Shown here in pieces: positions 1-13,965 of a stretch of DNA of 64,000 nt. The stretch lies in assembly GCF_947568905.1 (NCBI RefSeq), contig NC_079164.1, positions 20,894,001 to 20,958,000 of the forward strand. The letters run 5' to 3'. The DNA is from Ostrea edulis (Eukaryota). Numbering within the stretch: position 1 is the first letter of the stretch; every line of letters begins with the position of its first letter. Both the position numbers and the translations under genes were made by a program. The notes under the pieces were generated by a model that saw only the letters and a program-made list of their open reading frames with translations, was not told where the DNA came from and searched no databases.

Positions 1-646
1 TGAATTATACTTGAAGTTTTGATACTTTGTATATATTTACCAGTATGACAAGACACCATCCTTGACCATGTGTGGATATAAGCTCAAAAGGTCATTTAAT
101 AATCTAATTCAAAATCACTTTAACTTAAATTTGTATTATTTACATGTTGTTTGAATCAACTGAGTTCTGTTTCACTCCAGTGACTGAAGTAAAGAGAGGT
201 CATTAGGGGGTATTACACATGCCATTGTATATTTCTAAATATTTAAATCTTGCTGTGGTAGCAGTACAAAAGCTTATAGACTTCGTCATTTCCTGCCTCA
301 GTGTATGTATTGTTGTGTGTAAGAGAATTAGGGAGAGAAAAATGGCAAAGCTGACTGCTACTTACAGGTTTGAAAATTGTTTTCTTCCTTGACATATATG
401 ATTCTGTGAAACTTAACATCCCTCCCCCCTGTTTGTTATGTGTGTTATGTGTAAACTCAGCTGATGCAGTGGTTGATATGGAAATATACGTCCTTGTGAG
501 CATGCTTTAGTGCCGTGCTGTGTGAAATCAATGGAGGCAGTCACACAATGTGGGCGCTGGATTGTTCTCCTCCGCTTTAATTATTATTAGTTGTAGGTGA
601 AATGAATATGGATATTATAAGACAGATTTTTTTGTCTTCTTTCTAG

Positions 647-3600
647 GGAATCGCCATTAAACCGGTTGTGAATGCCCTTAAAGTGAAAAAAGCTTCGACT
701 AATGATGCATCAATGTCTGAGAAAATTCAAGAATCGGTGAGTAAAATACAATCTTGAGTAACTCAAATCACTTTGTCACTTTGTTATTACAAATCACATG
801 TCTTATTTTGTTTTACCTGTCGAATCAGAAATGTAACAGTTTGTTTTCAATGGTTAACCCAGGCAATGTGGGTTGTACAAAGTTTAATTACTAATTAATA
901 GACAATTAGAGAGACTAATGAAGGTTAACATCAAACAGGACAGAAAAGTAAAATGTGAGAGGATTAAGATGATGAAAATTGAACAAAGGGAGCCGAATTG
1001 ATCATTCAGCTTATTGTTGAATTGAGTGCATTGGCCGCTATCCTGTACACGTGTTAAACACAGTAATTGAGACATAAAACCCTTTCCTGCTCTCATGCTA
1101 AATATCAAACTCCAGTAATGACCTATATTTTCTAAAATGAGATGGGTATACTATATGTGATGAAGATCAGCCTTATCACAAGTGATGAAGATTATTTGTT
1201 ATGGAGTAGGGCCTGATTTGATTTCTCGTTGCAGTTCATTGACCATCTGATGGCAGGGATGGAGGGCATCACAAAACATTCCAGTCACAATCTCATGCGT
1301 ATTAAGTGAGTACTTTTTTTTTTTTATCTAACAGCTAGTATACACTGTTACAATTTGGGATCGGAATATCATTATTATACAAAAGTGTGTAAAATACATT
1401 TAATTTGGCAAAGCTTTTGAACACTCTCATTCTACAGTATGTGTTAGGAATATTGATTTTTAGATGTGATAATAATGTTTGATATCCTTTTCATTGATGT
1501 TGACATGAATACTTGCCTTGTAATTTTCAATGTGGCATGTTGTCATGCAATCATTTGCGACACATTCTGTGATTTAATTTTAGAATGACAGTCTCGTTTC
1601 TTGTGTAAATTTTTGTGATAATATCATCCTTGAAGTGGTGTCAAGATTTCAACAAACATGTATAGTTCTTGGTCTGTCTTCAATGTTGGAAAATTCCATC
1701 TCAAGTTTAAAGAAACATATCAAATATAGACATGGAGTTTTAAAAATACACAGCAAAATGTGGTTTCAAATGCATTCTTTGCCAAAATTATTTTTTCCTT
1801 TATGCCCTTAATGATTTTTTTTTTCTGAGAATTGATTTGCTGTAGTACAAACATTTCCATCAAGGAAGTGCAAGGTTTGTCCTAGTTTCACACTGTAGTG
1901 TCGGCTTTCTGATCGAAGTTTCTTGTATATATAGATATAGCTATGTTTGCCTTTATATTGCATTTTGTCTGTTAACTTCTTCACTAATTTTCACACCTTT
2001 TCTAAAACTTCTTGGTCATTTTCAAGCAAAGCAATGTATGAAAGGGATTCAGATTTGTTCAATCATTAATGCAATCACTGTATAGACATATTATATATAT
2101 ATCATATGTATATGAACTGAGTAAAATGTTGTTTTTCTTGGAAAAAGATAAGTACCGGTAGAGATATGTGTATGTGTTGTTTTTAAATTGTTGGAATCTC
2201 TCTAGTTTAGACGTATTAAAAGTATACAGAAATAAAAACTGTTACTCTGTGAAAACTTTGTATCCTTTCTGGGTGGATTTTGTATGTGTTTAGTGTGACA
2301 GTAAGTTTATAAAGTGTTTTGTAACTTCTGAATTTCATGTTTGTCCGACTAATTGAATCATTTGTCATTTATATCAAAAGATGCATTGTAACAGTGGTCC
2401 CCCAAGTGTTTCTCCCACACGCGTATTTAATTAATGTAGGTCACAAATTTATACCAAGATTTGGGTCAGATTAATATTGCTTAACACTTTAAGCCCCTTT
2501 TGAAAGGTATTGAACAATATACCTACGTCACAATACTGGGTGATTCATGTATTGTAGTTGACCGTTTAGCTGTTGATGAAACATTAGTTTTGATGACTTA
2601 ACTACAAAATTTTACACACATATACTCCCAATATCCCTCCCCTTCCAAATTGAAATGAAAAAAGCTGTCCCATCACATATGTGTTAAACCATGTAGCAGT
2701 CCAACTCCAAATTTAATCAGGGCTTATGGTGGTTGAAATCTATTGAAGTATACTTAAAAACAGGCATTGTTCATTAATTCAATTAAAAGAAAGGGCCATT
2801 ATCCTGTTGATCTCCCTGTGTACATGTATAGCTGCATGGTCATACATGCAGAGTATGAACAGATTGTACCTTTGTCCTTGACATTCAGATTATAGTACTT
2901 TAATAAAATTTTGTAGTCCCATGGTTCATTTAGACTTTCACATGTGTTAATTTACATAATCTACTTTAATTACTAATTAAGGATATGTTCTGGCTCCAGG
3001 GCGGTGAAACTTAGATGAGCTCACTTTTGATCTCATTCTCACTTTTTCATTTTATCCTTTTATGAATAAGTTAATTTTATGGTCCTGGAGCCTTGTTGTT
3101 GTTTTTTATTATTATAATTTTTTTTTTCAATATAGGGATGTTTGACTATATTTTCAAAAATGCACATGTAACATATTTGAAAACATTATATACTTCATGA
3201 ATAGACAATAAACAATAGAAGCATTGGGTAATTTCAGCATATATAAGTCATTCAAGAACTTACCCGGTACATTGTTTTTATACCCCCTTAATGCAAACAT
3301 AGACAGCTATTCCAATCATCTTTATGTTTTTTAACATGACAGGTTTTATGTCGAGTTAAAATGTCAGTGATTTTATCCAGAAATGATGTGCGTTAAAACA
3401 GCATAGGTTACATTGGTACATGAAAATATATGTATTATAGTATCTTTTCATCCTATGAACATTTATGGGCTCACAATGAAAATAGACTTGGCATAAAAAA
3501 AAAGTTGGCTATTTCAGTTAAAAGTATTTTTTCAAGGCCAAGATTCTTGCCTAAGGAAAACAATACTATTCATTTTGAACGGAGACACTCGATATCCTGC

Positions 3601-6600
3601 CGACATGTTAGATTCAGTGTATTTCAGCTCTGTAATACACAGAAGACTCCACAAATCAAGTTTTTGATTCAAAGGAGTCTCTAAAGATTCCAACATTTAT
3701 TGATTCAAAGAAGTGCAAGTTTTCTTTTATGCAAGATGTTTTTCGAAAAAAAAACTTGCATTTTTGTTTGAGGCCAACATTTTATACAGTAGATTTTGTG
3801 ATTGTTATTTATGATTAAATACCAAAGGGAATTGAAATATACTCTAAATAGTAGTAAAACTGTTATTGTTATTTTGAATTAACAGTATGGTCTCAGAAAT
3901 GCAATATTGCAGGCTTTTACTGATGTTTGCGATTTGATTGCATAATGAGATTTGGTTTGGCAATGGAATGAATTCTTCTGTGTTCTATATTGACTTCTTG
4001 TCCTAGCTTTCAGAAAAAGTTAGCTTTTCTCACAGCAGTCTTACCAGTCATTATTGACATTATGTAGTGTCGGTTCAGGGATGTGCCTTTATTGAGTTGT
4101 TTGGGTAGATCTAGTATACTGAAGATATATAATAATGCATTCGAACCTCAAGATGTATAACTAAAAAGCATTTTGATGAGTTTTATTGGGTAAATTGGGA
4201 ATGTTATGAAATGACGGAAGAACTCTGTGGTATATTGCCTGCCGGTGTCAATATGTCTATTCTTATTGATGTGTGTAATATTTCATTAGACCCAAATTAC
4301 AGAAAAGAAAAATGTCAAGGCCTCATGATTGATATGTAATAATTTATGAGATTGGTTGCCATACATTTGGTGCCTTAGTTTCTTTGTATTCTAGAGAAGA
4401 GATTCTTGTTTACCACTGTGGAAAAAGTGTACATTTATACAGGACCAAAGTGTAGTACTGACCTCATAAACTTCAGTTTTATATTTCTATTATTCTATAA
4501 TAATGGGTTCTAAAATTGATATGTGTTCAAATGGAAAGGTTAGATCCACCCCATATCTCTACAACCTAATGTGACCTAATGACCTTTTTGGGGTCACCTG
4601 ATAGAGTCCTTTATCTAAAGTTTTATTTACAGATTCCGGCATTTCAATCACAGCTACCTGAAACCTCTGTTTAACAAAGAAGCCCCCCAGACGAAGGCCA
4701 AGAAAGTGCTCGAGGTTTACCACACCATCAGTGTTGCTGAAGCTCTTGACCAGATTGGCAATGAGGTGGACGTCAACCAGAAGAGGCCTCTTGTTAACTT
4801 TGGGTAAGCTTTAATGTATTTATGTCAATGTATAGAACAAAGAAATTGCTAATTACTGGATCAGGTAGACTGCAACACAGCTGGGTTTTGAGCTTTTTAT
4901 AATGTTGATTTTGGCCCAGTGTGTTAGGAATTTAAACTGCACTATAGAATTGGTGTTTATTCTACACAGTTGATTGACTGAAGGGAAACCTAAAAGAGGC
5001 TAAAATGAATTGTAACAGGCTTTGCTTATAGCTGTTTATCAGTTGTTAAAGAGAACCTGTTATCACTATAACTTCACCTTTGTGTTCTCTGTCTGTACTT
5101 AAAATCCTCAAAATTTGGATTAGCCTTAGTGGCTTGGAGGAGATAAATATTCCATGAATCTGCCAGAAATTAGCAAATTTAGGGTGAGAATGTGATATTG
5201 AAAGAGAAAAAAAATGGTGTTTCAGGCTAGCAATTTAAAGCACTTTTACTTTGTTCTTTAATATTTTAACACAAATATTTTAGTCTATATTTTTGAATGT
5301 TTTAAATACTTGCTAGTGGTCGTTTGAATGAAAGTGTACTGCAAACATACCATGTAGTCCTCAGGGTACATTCCTTGTGGTTAGTAGGTGTTTATTTTTG
5401 TGTAGTGAGGGGGTTAGGGTTAGTGATGTAGTCCTCAGGTACAGTCCTTGTGGTTAGTAGGTGTGTATTTTTGTGTAGTGAGGGGGTTAGGGTTAGTGAT
5501 GTAGTCCTCGGCATACAGTCCTAAATGTGGTCAGTAGGTGTGTATTTTTGTGTAGTGAGGGAGTTAGGGTTAGTGATGTAGTCCTCAGCGTACAGTCCTA
5601 AATGTGGTCAATAGGTGTGGATTTTTGTGTAGTGAGGGGGCTAGGGGTTAGTGGTGAATGGCTTTTATCCGAAAAGTCAACACAAATCTACTCCTTATCA
5701 ACTGATGACTTGAAGGAATGGAATTTTCTTGTGGCAATATTATTACACTTACTTGCATAGAAAATGAGCAAGATCTCAATGATACTTAAATATTCTCATT
5801 TGGAATAGGTTTAAAGAATATTAAAGAGATTTGGTTTACAAAAAGAGGTCTACTTCAATTTTTGTACTGTATGTCTTTAAACAAACTTGGATCATTGTGT
5901 CCTGCAATGTATGTCAGCTTGATCAAGTCACTAACCTCTCGCACACATTTAGTCACTCTGCAACCTGATGGCCTTTTACATGTAAACAGCTGATACCTGT
6001 CCACTTCTGATTTATATATATTCATTTAAATATGATGAAATGTATAATATACCTGTATATATGCAAGCTGTGCAGTATTTCAAAGGGAGGGGATGATTAA
6101 GACGTAGTAAGATTCTTTAGTGTAGAAGTTCACTTGAGTGTAGGGCACAGAAGAGATAGTCGTAGATTTTGTGGACAGGTTTGTGTGCTTATGTGTGTCA
6201 GAATGAATGTTTACTTAGAAAAGGCCTTCAGCAGTGGCAGTAGTAAGCAGACCATGACAAATTTCACACTTCTCGGGGTATGAATTCATTACAGAACTAG
6301 CCTAAACAATGTACTTTATATGGACCAGATGATTTATTTTGTGCACCAATCATGGATCAGTGATCTGGTGGAAATTGTGATAGTTCTAGCTGTAAGGTTC
6401 AGACAGACAACATCTTTTATTGTCAGAGGTAATTGAGGAAATGATGTTGGTTCTTTTTTTTTCCCTTAACATTTTCAGACTTTAATTGCTGCTCAATGGC
6501 AGGAAATAACTAGTTCACTTGTGTGGGACTGTGTTAGAACCGTGGTTTTGACTAGAGAACTTTTTAGGGGTTAGGTGTCCTTTTCTTTGTATAGGTTTAA

Positions 6601-9600
6601 TAGTATGCACTTTAAAATAATGAAAAATCTAGTCACTAGAAAGATCTTTTATCTGGGGGCAAAGAAATGCAATTTGATTCTTTTGTAGAATCAAGCAAAG
6701 AGTGATTTTAGAATCAAGCATAGGCAAATCGTTGAAATGTTAAAAAAAAACCCACCAAACTTATAATAAGATCTTGAAAGGTGTTATTAAAGTTTTATCG
6801 TAGATTAGAAAGGGGCCTGTAAGTAGATTTCATTAAAACAAAGTTCACGTATATCATGTAGAACATCAGGAGTAATGGATATTGGTAGACACAGAGAATA
6901 AATAAAATATCATGTAAGAACGAAGTATGTACACTGTTCCCTAGATCCCAGCAAATTAATCTGGGTAGAAAGAAGCAATAAAAAAATCAATGTTATCACC
7001 CCAAATCCACAGAAAGCTCTAGTAGGAAACCTTGGACTGAATGTGATTAGGGCTGATAAAAATGTGAAGGTTTTATTATATATTTGCTCTCACATAAGAA
7101 GACTTGAGATGGAAATAATACTGTCCTGTGTATGTAAAAAAAAAAATAACGTATACACATTCAAGCAGTGTCACTAGCTGTGATTTATAGTGGGAGGTGC
7201 AAAGAATAAATACTTGAGAACTCCGTGAATAAGAGAAAGCATCTTGATGACTTTTAATTAGTTGCTTTTCACCACATAAGACGTAGATGCCATACCTAAG
7301 ACATACATCCTTGATTGACCTTGTCGTTTGTCTTTGTATTGTAGTGCTTCCAATGTATACAAAAGGACACCAGCAGGCTTTGTAAACACAGGTTTTCCTG
7401 CAGAAAACATGGCCAACGAACAACTGGAGACTACAAATCGAAATGTAAGTTTTTTAGTTTAAAAATATTACAACGGATAATTAGAGTTTTGTAGAAAATT
7501 TATTCTTGGTGTGAAAAGCTGTTGATATAAAATATTATTAAAAGTTTTTGTATGGTAAATCTTAAACGTATTGCATGCACAATTCATGTTAAAATTGTGG
7601 AAAATTTGCTTTTGATGATTTTTTCTAAAAATCAGTAAGGCCAGCGACAATATAAAAATCTTCTATAAGAACAATTTGTAGATGTCAACAATAGCAATTA
7701 CTGCTCAATTTATTTACCATCATGACTTAAGCATATTGTAAAAATGAATAAAGTATTGGACATTTAAATAAATTAATACACAAATATGTACAATGGAATA
7801 ATCTTAATTATTATGCAGGAATCGCATTCAGTAAATGAGGAAGGCCTGCCAGTTATTTACAAGTGTGTGGAAGATCCTGTTGTCAGGGAAACAATTGTAA
7901 TGGAGAGGCCAAGATCATCCCCACCTGTGGGAGAAGGCAGTAGTATTGCCAGTAAAGGACTCGAAAAAAGTACGAAATTATATTCAAAGAATTTGGGCCA
8001 AAATCTAAATTTTTGTTTTCTCTTTGAAATATATGTACATGTATAGTATATAATATATAAAACAAAAGTGTAAATAGTGACGTCTAATGAAAAAATCAGT
8101 TTTGCCAAGTTTCTGACACTTTCAATATGGATATAGCATAGTTATAGAGTATACTCAAAATTTTAAGTCAACTTGCATAAAAAAAAAATTGTGGAAAGTT
8201 TTAAATACTTTAAAAAATAGATTTCTTTGGAGAAATAGCAACAAAATGTTTGGGGGTCATTCGCAAAGAGGAAACAAACAATATTGTTTATGAGACTGCT
8301 AATGCTGTATATTTTGAAAATGCAACCAATGGGAGACAACTTTTAATTTCATTTCAGGTGAAGCCAGCGATGAATTCGAAAATGTGACCATTACATTTAA
8401 ACAGTCATTAGACAATGGTAAATAGTTCTTGTGACTCATGGTGTGAACTAACTAGCATGTACATTCGTGTTTAGCTTTTCTAATATAGCAGAATGGTTTT
8501 TGGTTGCATTTATGTAAATATAACCTGCATGCATTTGTTGAGCAGTTTAGAATTTATTTCTTTTTCATATTTGTTTGATAAGTTGAACTTTTTGAGAGAA
8601 ATTTTGTCAGTAAACGTTAGGTATGAAGCATCAGTTATTTATACCATAGTGGGCATTGTCTAAAACTTCTGTCTTTACAACAAAAGGAAACTATGAAAAT
8701 ATTTAATGTTCACTAACAATTTTGAATCAGTTTGTGTTTGCTATGAGAAACATTATTTATTTTGTTTTGTATTATATATTTCTGTTTTTGCATGATATTA
8801 CACATTTATAATTTCGAGGGACACAACTGGCCCCAATATAGGGAATTAAATTCAAATGATGAATTATGCAAATGGAAACGGGATCATTCGTGAGCAAGTT
8901 ATGTGCGATGCTCAGTACTTCAGGGGAGAAGTTGAAACTGATTGAAAATAATATCAAATAAAAGCTTCCTGAGAAAATGTGAAGATCTTTTTAAACTTTC
9001 AAACGAATTCACAGAATAAAGATCCCAGGGAAAACCTATTATTACTTTTGGTGCCAGGTGTAGAACTCAAAATGACGCTTTTTGTCTCAAATTAACTTTT
9101 ATTAAGCATAACAAAGTACCTCTTTGTAATCTAACAAACACTTTATACCTAAACCAATCCTTCATTGTACACTAGGTGGATACTAATTACCTTTAATCAT
9201 AATTAACTTTTTGTTGTATGTTTGTTGTTTTGTGGTGATTTTGTTAGATATCTTTGTGTTGTAAATTGTAGTGAGTGATAATTCAAGAATTCTGATTCAT
9301 TTTAACATGATTATAATTAAGCAAATTAATGTATTTTTAGATGAATATTTTTATACATCAAAAAGGAAAAAAATTGGTATACATAGATTTATTCTAATAC
9401 CTGTGCGTTAATTATATCAGAATACCAGTATTGGTGTTATTAAAGAACTTTCAAATAGAAACAGTAGATTTAGAGTGCTTTGTTTTTTATCATCAGTTCA
9501 GGGAGTTGACCAGAACACAGAAACTTCTGACTTTTCGTCTGGGAGTTATTCTTTGGGGGAGACTTCTGAGCCCTCCACAATCACCTACGCTGATGAAGAG

Positions 9601-10557
9601 GCCTCAGTCCCTACATCAGTGGAATTACCCCTGCCATGGAAAGCTGCTCCCAGTCAGGAAAAAATGGAGGCGGGCATTGCAAGCGAGTTGTCAAAGGTAC
9701 CAGAATCGACGGTCACCGCAGCCGAGTCAGTGTTCCCATGGAAAAACTTTCCAAGGGATCCTATCCCCTTTTCCACGTCCTTAGTGTACTCGGATGACAG
9801 TGCTCCTGTTGTCGCCGAGGCTCCTACATGGGTTAATAATCTCTCCTACAGTCACTTGAAGGAATCTGGATCCCCCTATGCCTCTCCTGAAGTGACCTTA
9901 ATTCCAGAAACGCGGCAACACCATGCCTCAGTCTTTGATGTTTTCAAAGGATATGATTCGGTTGAAAAGTGTCTGGATGCTTGTGTTGCTAAATTGAACT
10001 CTTCTGTGGATGAAACTGATAGCAAAAGCCATAACTGTGGAGGTACTCTGCCTCCCCCATGGAATCATTGTGGTGACAATGCAGAAGATCTCCCAGTGCC
10101 ATCTATAATGGATACTTGTGGAGTTAAAAATAATATCCTTTTGTCCAATCACTCGGCTACACCTCCATCTCATCATGTCATATTACCTACAGTCCATTTC
10201 TCTGAGGGTTCTATAACACAGAGTCACAGCGATGAAGGGGAAACTCACAAGCCATTGAAATCTCTACCAGGGTCTGCATCAGCTCCTGATTTGCCAAAAC
10301 ACTTTCAGGTGATCGAACCAATGACGAAATCAAGACTCCACTCGGAATCCATGTTGGAAGATTTAGACTTTCATGACCAGGCTGTGTCAAGAGTGAATGA
10401 ATGGTTGTCTGCAACTCTTAGTGATGAAGCAGGCATTGTGATTCCCATTCACATCCCCACACCTGAGCTTTCCAGTGACAATGACGCAGACTGTAGCAGT
10501 GAAGGCGAGGGGGATGATGATGATGGGGGTTGGGACTTCGACAGGGATGACTTATGA
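647..10557 (+). CDS. SLC9A: Sodium/hydrogen exchanger (SLC9A, plasma-membrane NHE1/2/3-type), 3' portion; 5' exons lie upstream of the window
   Basis: Exons 647-736 (GIAIKPVVNALKVKKA...SEKIQES), 1235-1305 (FIDHLMAGMEGITKHSSHNLMRIK), 4633-4803 (FRHFNHSYLKPLF...), 7345-7444, 7819-7969, 8358-8417, 9497-10557 (stop). All have AG/GT ends and compatible phases (0,2,2,0,1,1). The first three peptides match the NHE motifs QGxTIKPLVxxLxV, FDHLLxGIEDI and NxxYxKxxL after TM12. Additional cassette exons between 4803 and 7345 cannot be excluded. Confidence 0.9.
5352..5653. repeat. Minisatellite, 4 x 73-77 bp, in NHE intron
   Basis: Units start ATGTAGTCCTC at 5352, 5426, 5499, 5576; the units carry GGGGTTAGGGTTAG or a variant of it. 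Confidence 0.9.
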
Positions 10558-12502
10558 TAACGGCCACAATCTAGTCCAGAATACTCAATCGTCTTTCCAG
10601 AAATGCTTTTATGAACATCTACTGTGCATTGCTAGTCAATATATGTCTAGTGATTGAAACTTGTTTCTACATTTTTGTGTGGCAAAATTTGTATTCATGG
10701 CAATAAGACCTCATCCGTGATGATGTACTGAACACTTTGAGCTTCAATCATGTCTTCATTCCATAGATTTCATAAAATCAAATAGAGAATGATCATCATC
10801 CAATCAAATAGGATATACTTCTAAAAATAATTCATCACCAACTTGGAAATTCAGGGATTTTCATTTAAGATGGAAATTTTATGTGATACATGTATTTAAC
10901 AATGTTTAAAATGTCTGTACAGTGCATCTTTATTGTATGTTATGTTGCAGTACAAACATGACACCCATGCATCAGGTCTACACAGGCATTAGTAAGGATT
11001 TGTTAGTACATTCACAGGCATGGTATCTCAGGTTGTACAGGTATAAGTCCTATATCAATATATAATGCAAAGGGATTGATTTAGCCCCTTTCTTTTAACC
11101 TTTTGCAGGCTTACCGGTATTCTGTACATGAACTTGCATAAATCCTCTGCATGAAAGGCAGCAAGCATTGCCTTTTAATTCAAACATCTTCTGAATCAAT
11201 ATTTTATTGCTGTAACAGTTCTATAATGAACAAAAATATGTGCAATAATTGTTTCTTTAGGCAAAAGACAGCATTGTGAAAGATACTTTGAAAATGAATT
11301 TGTATTCAGATATGCGACATATCATGACAAAATTTAATGAACGAGTTTCGTATATAGACCTCAGAAAACTGATTTTGTGAACATGTATATATTGATAAGT
11401 ATGTCTGACATTCTCTTCCTCTAAGCATTACAATGAATTGAGATTGAATTTTGAAGAAAAAAATAAACTACTATGTAGTAAAATTAAAAAGTTCATTTAT
11501 TGTGTTGTGAATTGGGAAGAGATGGAAAGTGGACAATCTGATTTTTGTTGCTGAAAAAATGTTGCCAGTCCGTAGAGCACATACTGCCTTGCTCAGTTCT
11601 GCTCTGTACTGGAAATAGCCCATGAGGCTTCACATGTTATCCTAACAAAAACTAATTTAGATGATATTTTTAATAAAAGAATTTATAACCTATATTTAAG
11701 AAATGAATATCACTTGAGAGCTGTTCATGGTCAATATGAACGGATTTGGATTTGAGGCAAATTCTCTGTGAATCGCTAGTGCTAGTCACAGATGTTCATT
11801 TCTTATATTCATTTACTAAATCACCATTTGTTTACATTGCTTGTATAAGTCAGGAAATATTTTGTAAAACGAACTCCTAAGATCCACCTATGTCACAGTC
11901 GTATTGTGACATACGTCAAAACACAGACATGACGTCACACTTCATCTTACCCTGCCTTTTATCAACATTGCATGGTGCACTGTATTTTAAAGTTAGGAGA
12001 CTGAAAGATTGGGATGATAATCCACTTAAGTTCACAATCTTAATCCGAGGTGTGAATTTGCGAGATCTTTGTAACACATGTTGACTTTTTCAAATCCTTA
12101 CGCTCTCTCAGTCGCGTTCATTTAAACTAGTTCATAATCCGTTCATAGTCAATATGAACGGATTGTGAGTCAATATGAATGGATTGTGTCGCATGCTGAA
12201 ATTGGTTGGTTCATAGAGGAAAATGCGATTTTGTAATATAAATATAATGGAATAATATCATTACATGTGTATCCTCCAAGACAAGACTTGATAAGATCGG
12301 GACTGAAGATTAAACCCGGGTATTTATTCATGAGATGAAACACTGAAGAGCTCTACAATCTAATCAAAATTAAATGTTTGAGCCGATCACATACTCGCTA
12401 GTATGTGAGTGGATCTAACATCTAAATTTAATCACTAGATTGAAGAGCAATACAGTGTATTAATATATTGGTGGTTTAATTATGGTCTTGCGCCATATTT
12501 AA

Positions 12503-13290
12503 AGGGAAGGCAACCCAAAAAATGTTTATGATAGGATTAATTATATAAAAATTTGCCATATTATTCCGTTGATATACAGCCTACATAAGCTTCAGCACTA
12601 ATTTGAAAACGTTAAATATTGAAATCTATAGAGGCTGCCATGATGTGGACTCTAAAAATTTGTATTCAAGACCACAAAAATCAATAATTTTGACGTCACA
12701 CTGTCTGTTCAGGTTTTGATTAGATTTTAAGATCACCAAAGATGAGATGTGCATGTGGTAGATTTTACGAAGTATTTCTTCGATGCCTTCCTGTTGAGCT
12801 GTTAATTGCACTAATGCGAAGGGGAGATGTGAAAAAGTTTTTTTTTAAAATTCCTGACCCAACCATTGGTCATCTGAAAAGAAAAGACTGTGGAGCCATC
12901 ATTTGCGTAATGACAAGTTGAGGTTCAAGACATCTGTATGAAGAAACATGTATCGTCTGCCTGGTCTGTGACTCAAATGAACGTCTTCTTTTCTCGATTT
13001 CTTCTTGCGAAAGAACGGGCTCAAATCTATATGGCTCCAAACTTAACTGTTCGTCACTTGTCATGTCTACAGTGCTGCTGATGAAATAAACGGGAACCAA
13101 TGGTGTGACATTATAAATTAAACTTCAATGGCTGCTCTCTTAGCGGCGGGTGATTTAAAATACATGATAGATTAATATTGATTTAATTGTTAAGCAAGGA
13201 TTTTTGTTGTTAAAGACTGTCATTTATGATATCAGTAAGTAATACTTTATTCATAAAAGCAACAATGTGGTTAGGGAATTGTCTTTCCTT
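12503..13290. mobile_element. TTAA-flanked Kolobok-like non-autonomous element (~790 bp)
   Basis: TTAA at 12499-12502 and 13291-13294; imperfect TIR AGGGAAGGCAA / TTGTCTTTCCT; internal minus-strand remnant ...LEPYRFEPVLS... Confidence 0.6.
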
Positions 13291-13294
13291 TTAA

Positions 13295-13965
13295 AGATTT
13301 TCCCCATATATTTGAATGTAAAACTTTGATCCCTATTGCGACCCCCAACCTACCCCCAGGGGGCCATGATTTTTATAAACTTGAATCGGCACTATATCAG
13401 AAAGCTTTCATGTAAACTTCTTTGGCCCAATGGTTCTTGAGAAGAATATTTTTAAATGTTTGTAAAACTTTGATTCCCCTATTGTGGCCGCATCCTACCC
13501 TCGGGGGGTCATGATTTTAACAAACTTAAATTTGCACTGTGTTGGGAAGCTTTCATGTAATTTGAACTTTCCTGGCCCAGTGTTTCTTGAGAAGAAGATT
13601 TTCAAAGATTTTACCTACATGTATATATTTGCATGTAAAACTTTGATCCCCTATTGTGGCCCCAACCTACTCCCAGGGTCATGGTTTTAACAAACTTAAA
13701 TCTGCACTATGTCAGGAAGCTTTCTTGTAAATATCAGCTCTTCTGGTTCAGTGGTCCTCGAGAAGATTTTTAAATGACCCCACCCTATTATTGTGATTAT
13801 CTCCCCTTTGAAGGCGGCATAACCCTTCAACAAATTTGAAAGCCCTTAACCAAAGGATGCTTTTTGCCAAGTTTTGTTGAAATTGACAGAGTGGTTCTGG
13901 AGAAGTCACAAATGTGAACAGTTTACAGAGGACGGACAACAGACGATCAGAAAAGCTTACTTGAG
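13295..13965 (+). mobile_element. Helentron-type non-autonomous element (HINE) with ~165-bp Cg170/HindIII-like monomers, head disrupted
   Basis: Repeats of TTGTGGCCCC..CTACCCC..CATGATTTTAACAAACTT..AAGCTTTCATGTAA..GGCCCAGTGGTTCTTGAGAAG, ending GACGGACAAC..ATCAGAAAAGCT. Confidence 0.85.

Noticed and set aside
490-597. Hydrophobic stretch LFSSALIII upstream of the first NHE exon
   Set aside because: No frame is open from acceptor to donor that joins exon 647 in phase 0.
5918-6280. Candidate NHE cassette exons (~5918-5990, ~6121/6143-6177, ~6218-6277)
   Set aside because: AG/GT pairs and short open frames exist, but I recognise no NHE similarity and no unique phase-consistent chain; RNA-seq is needed.
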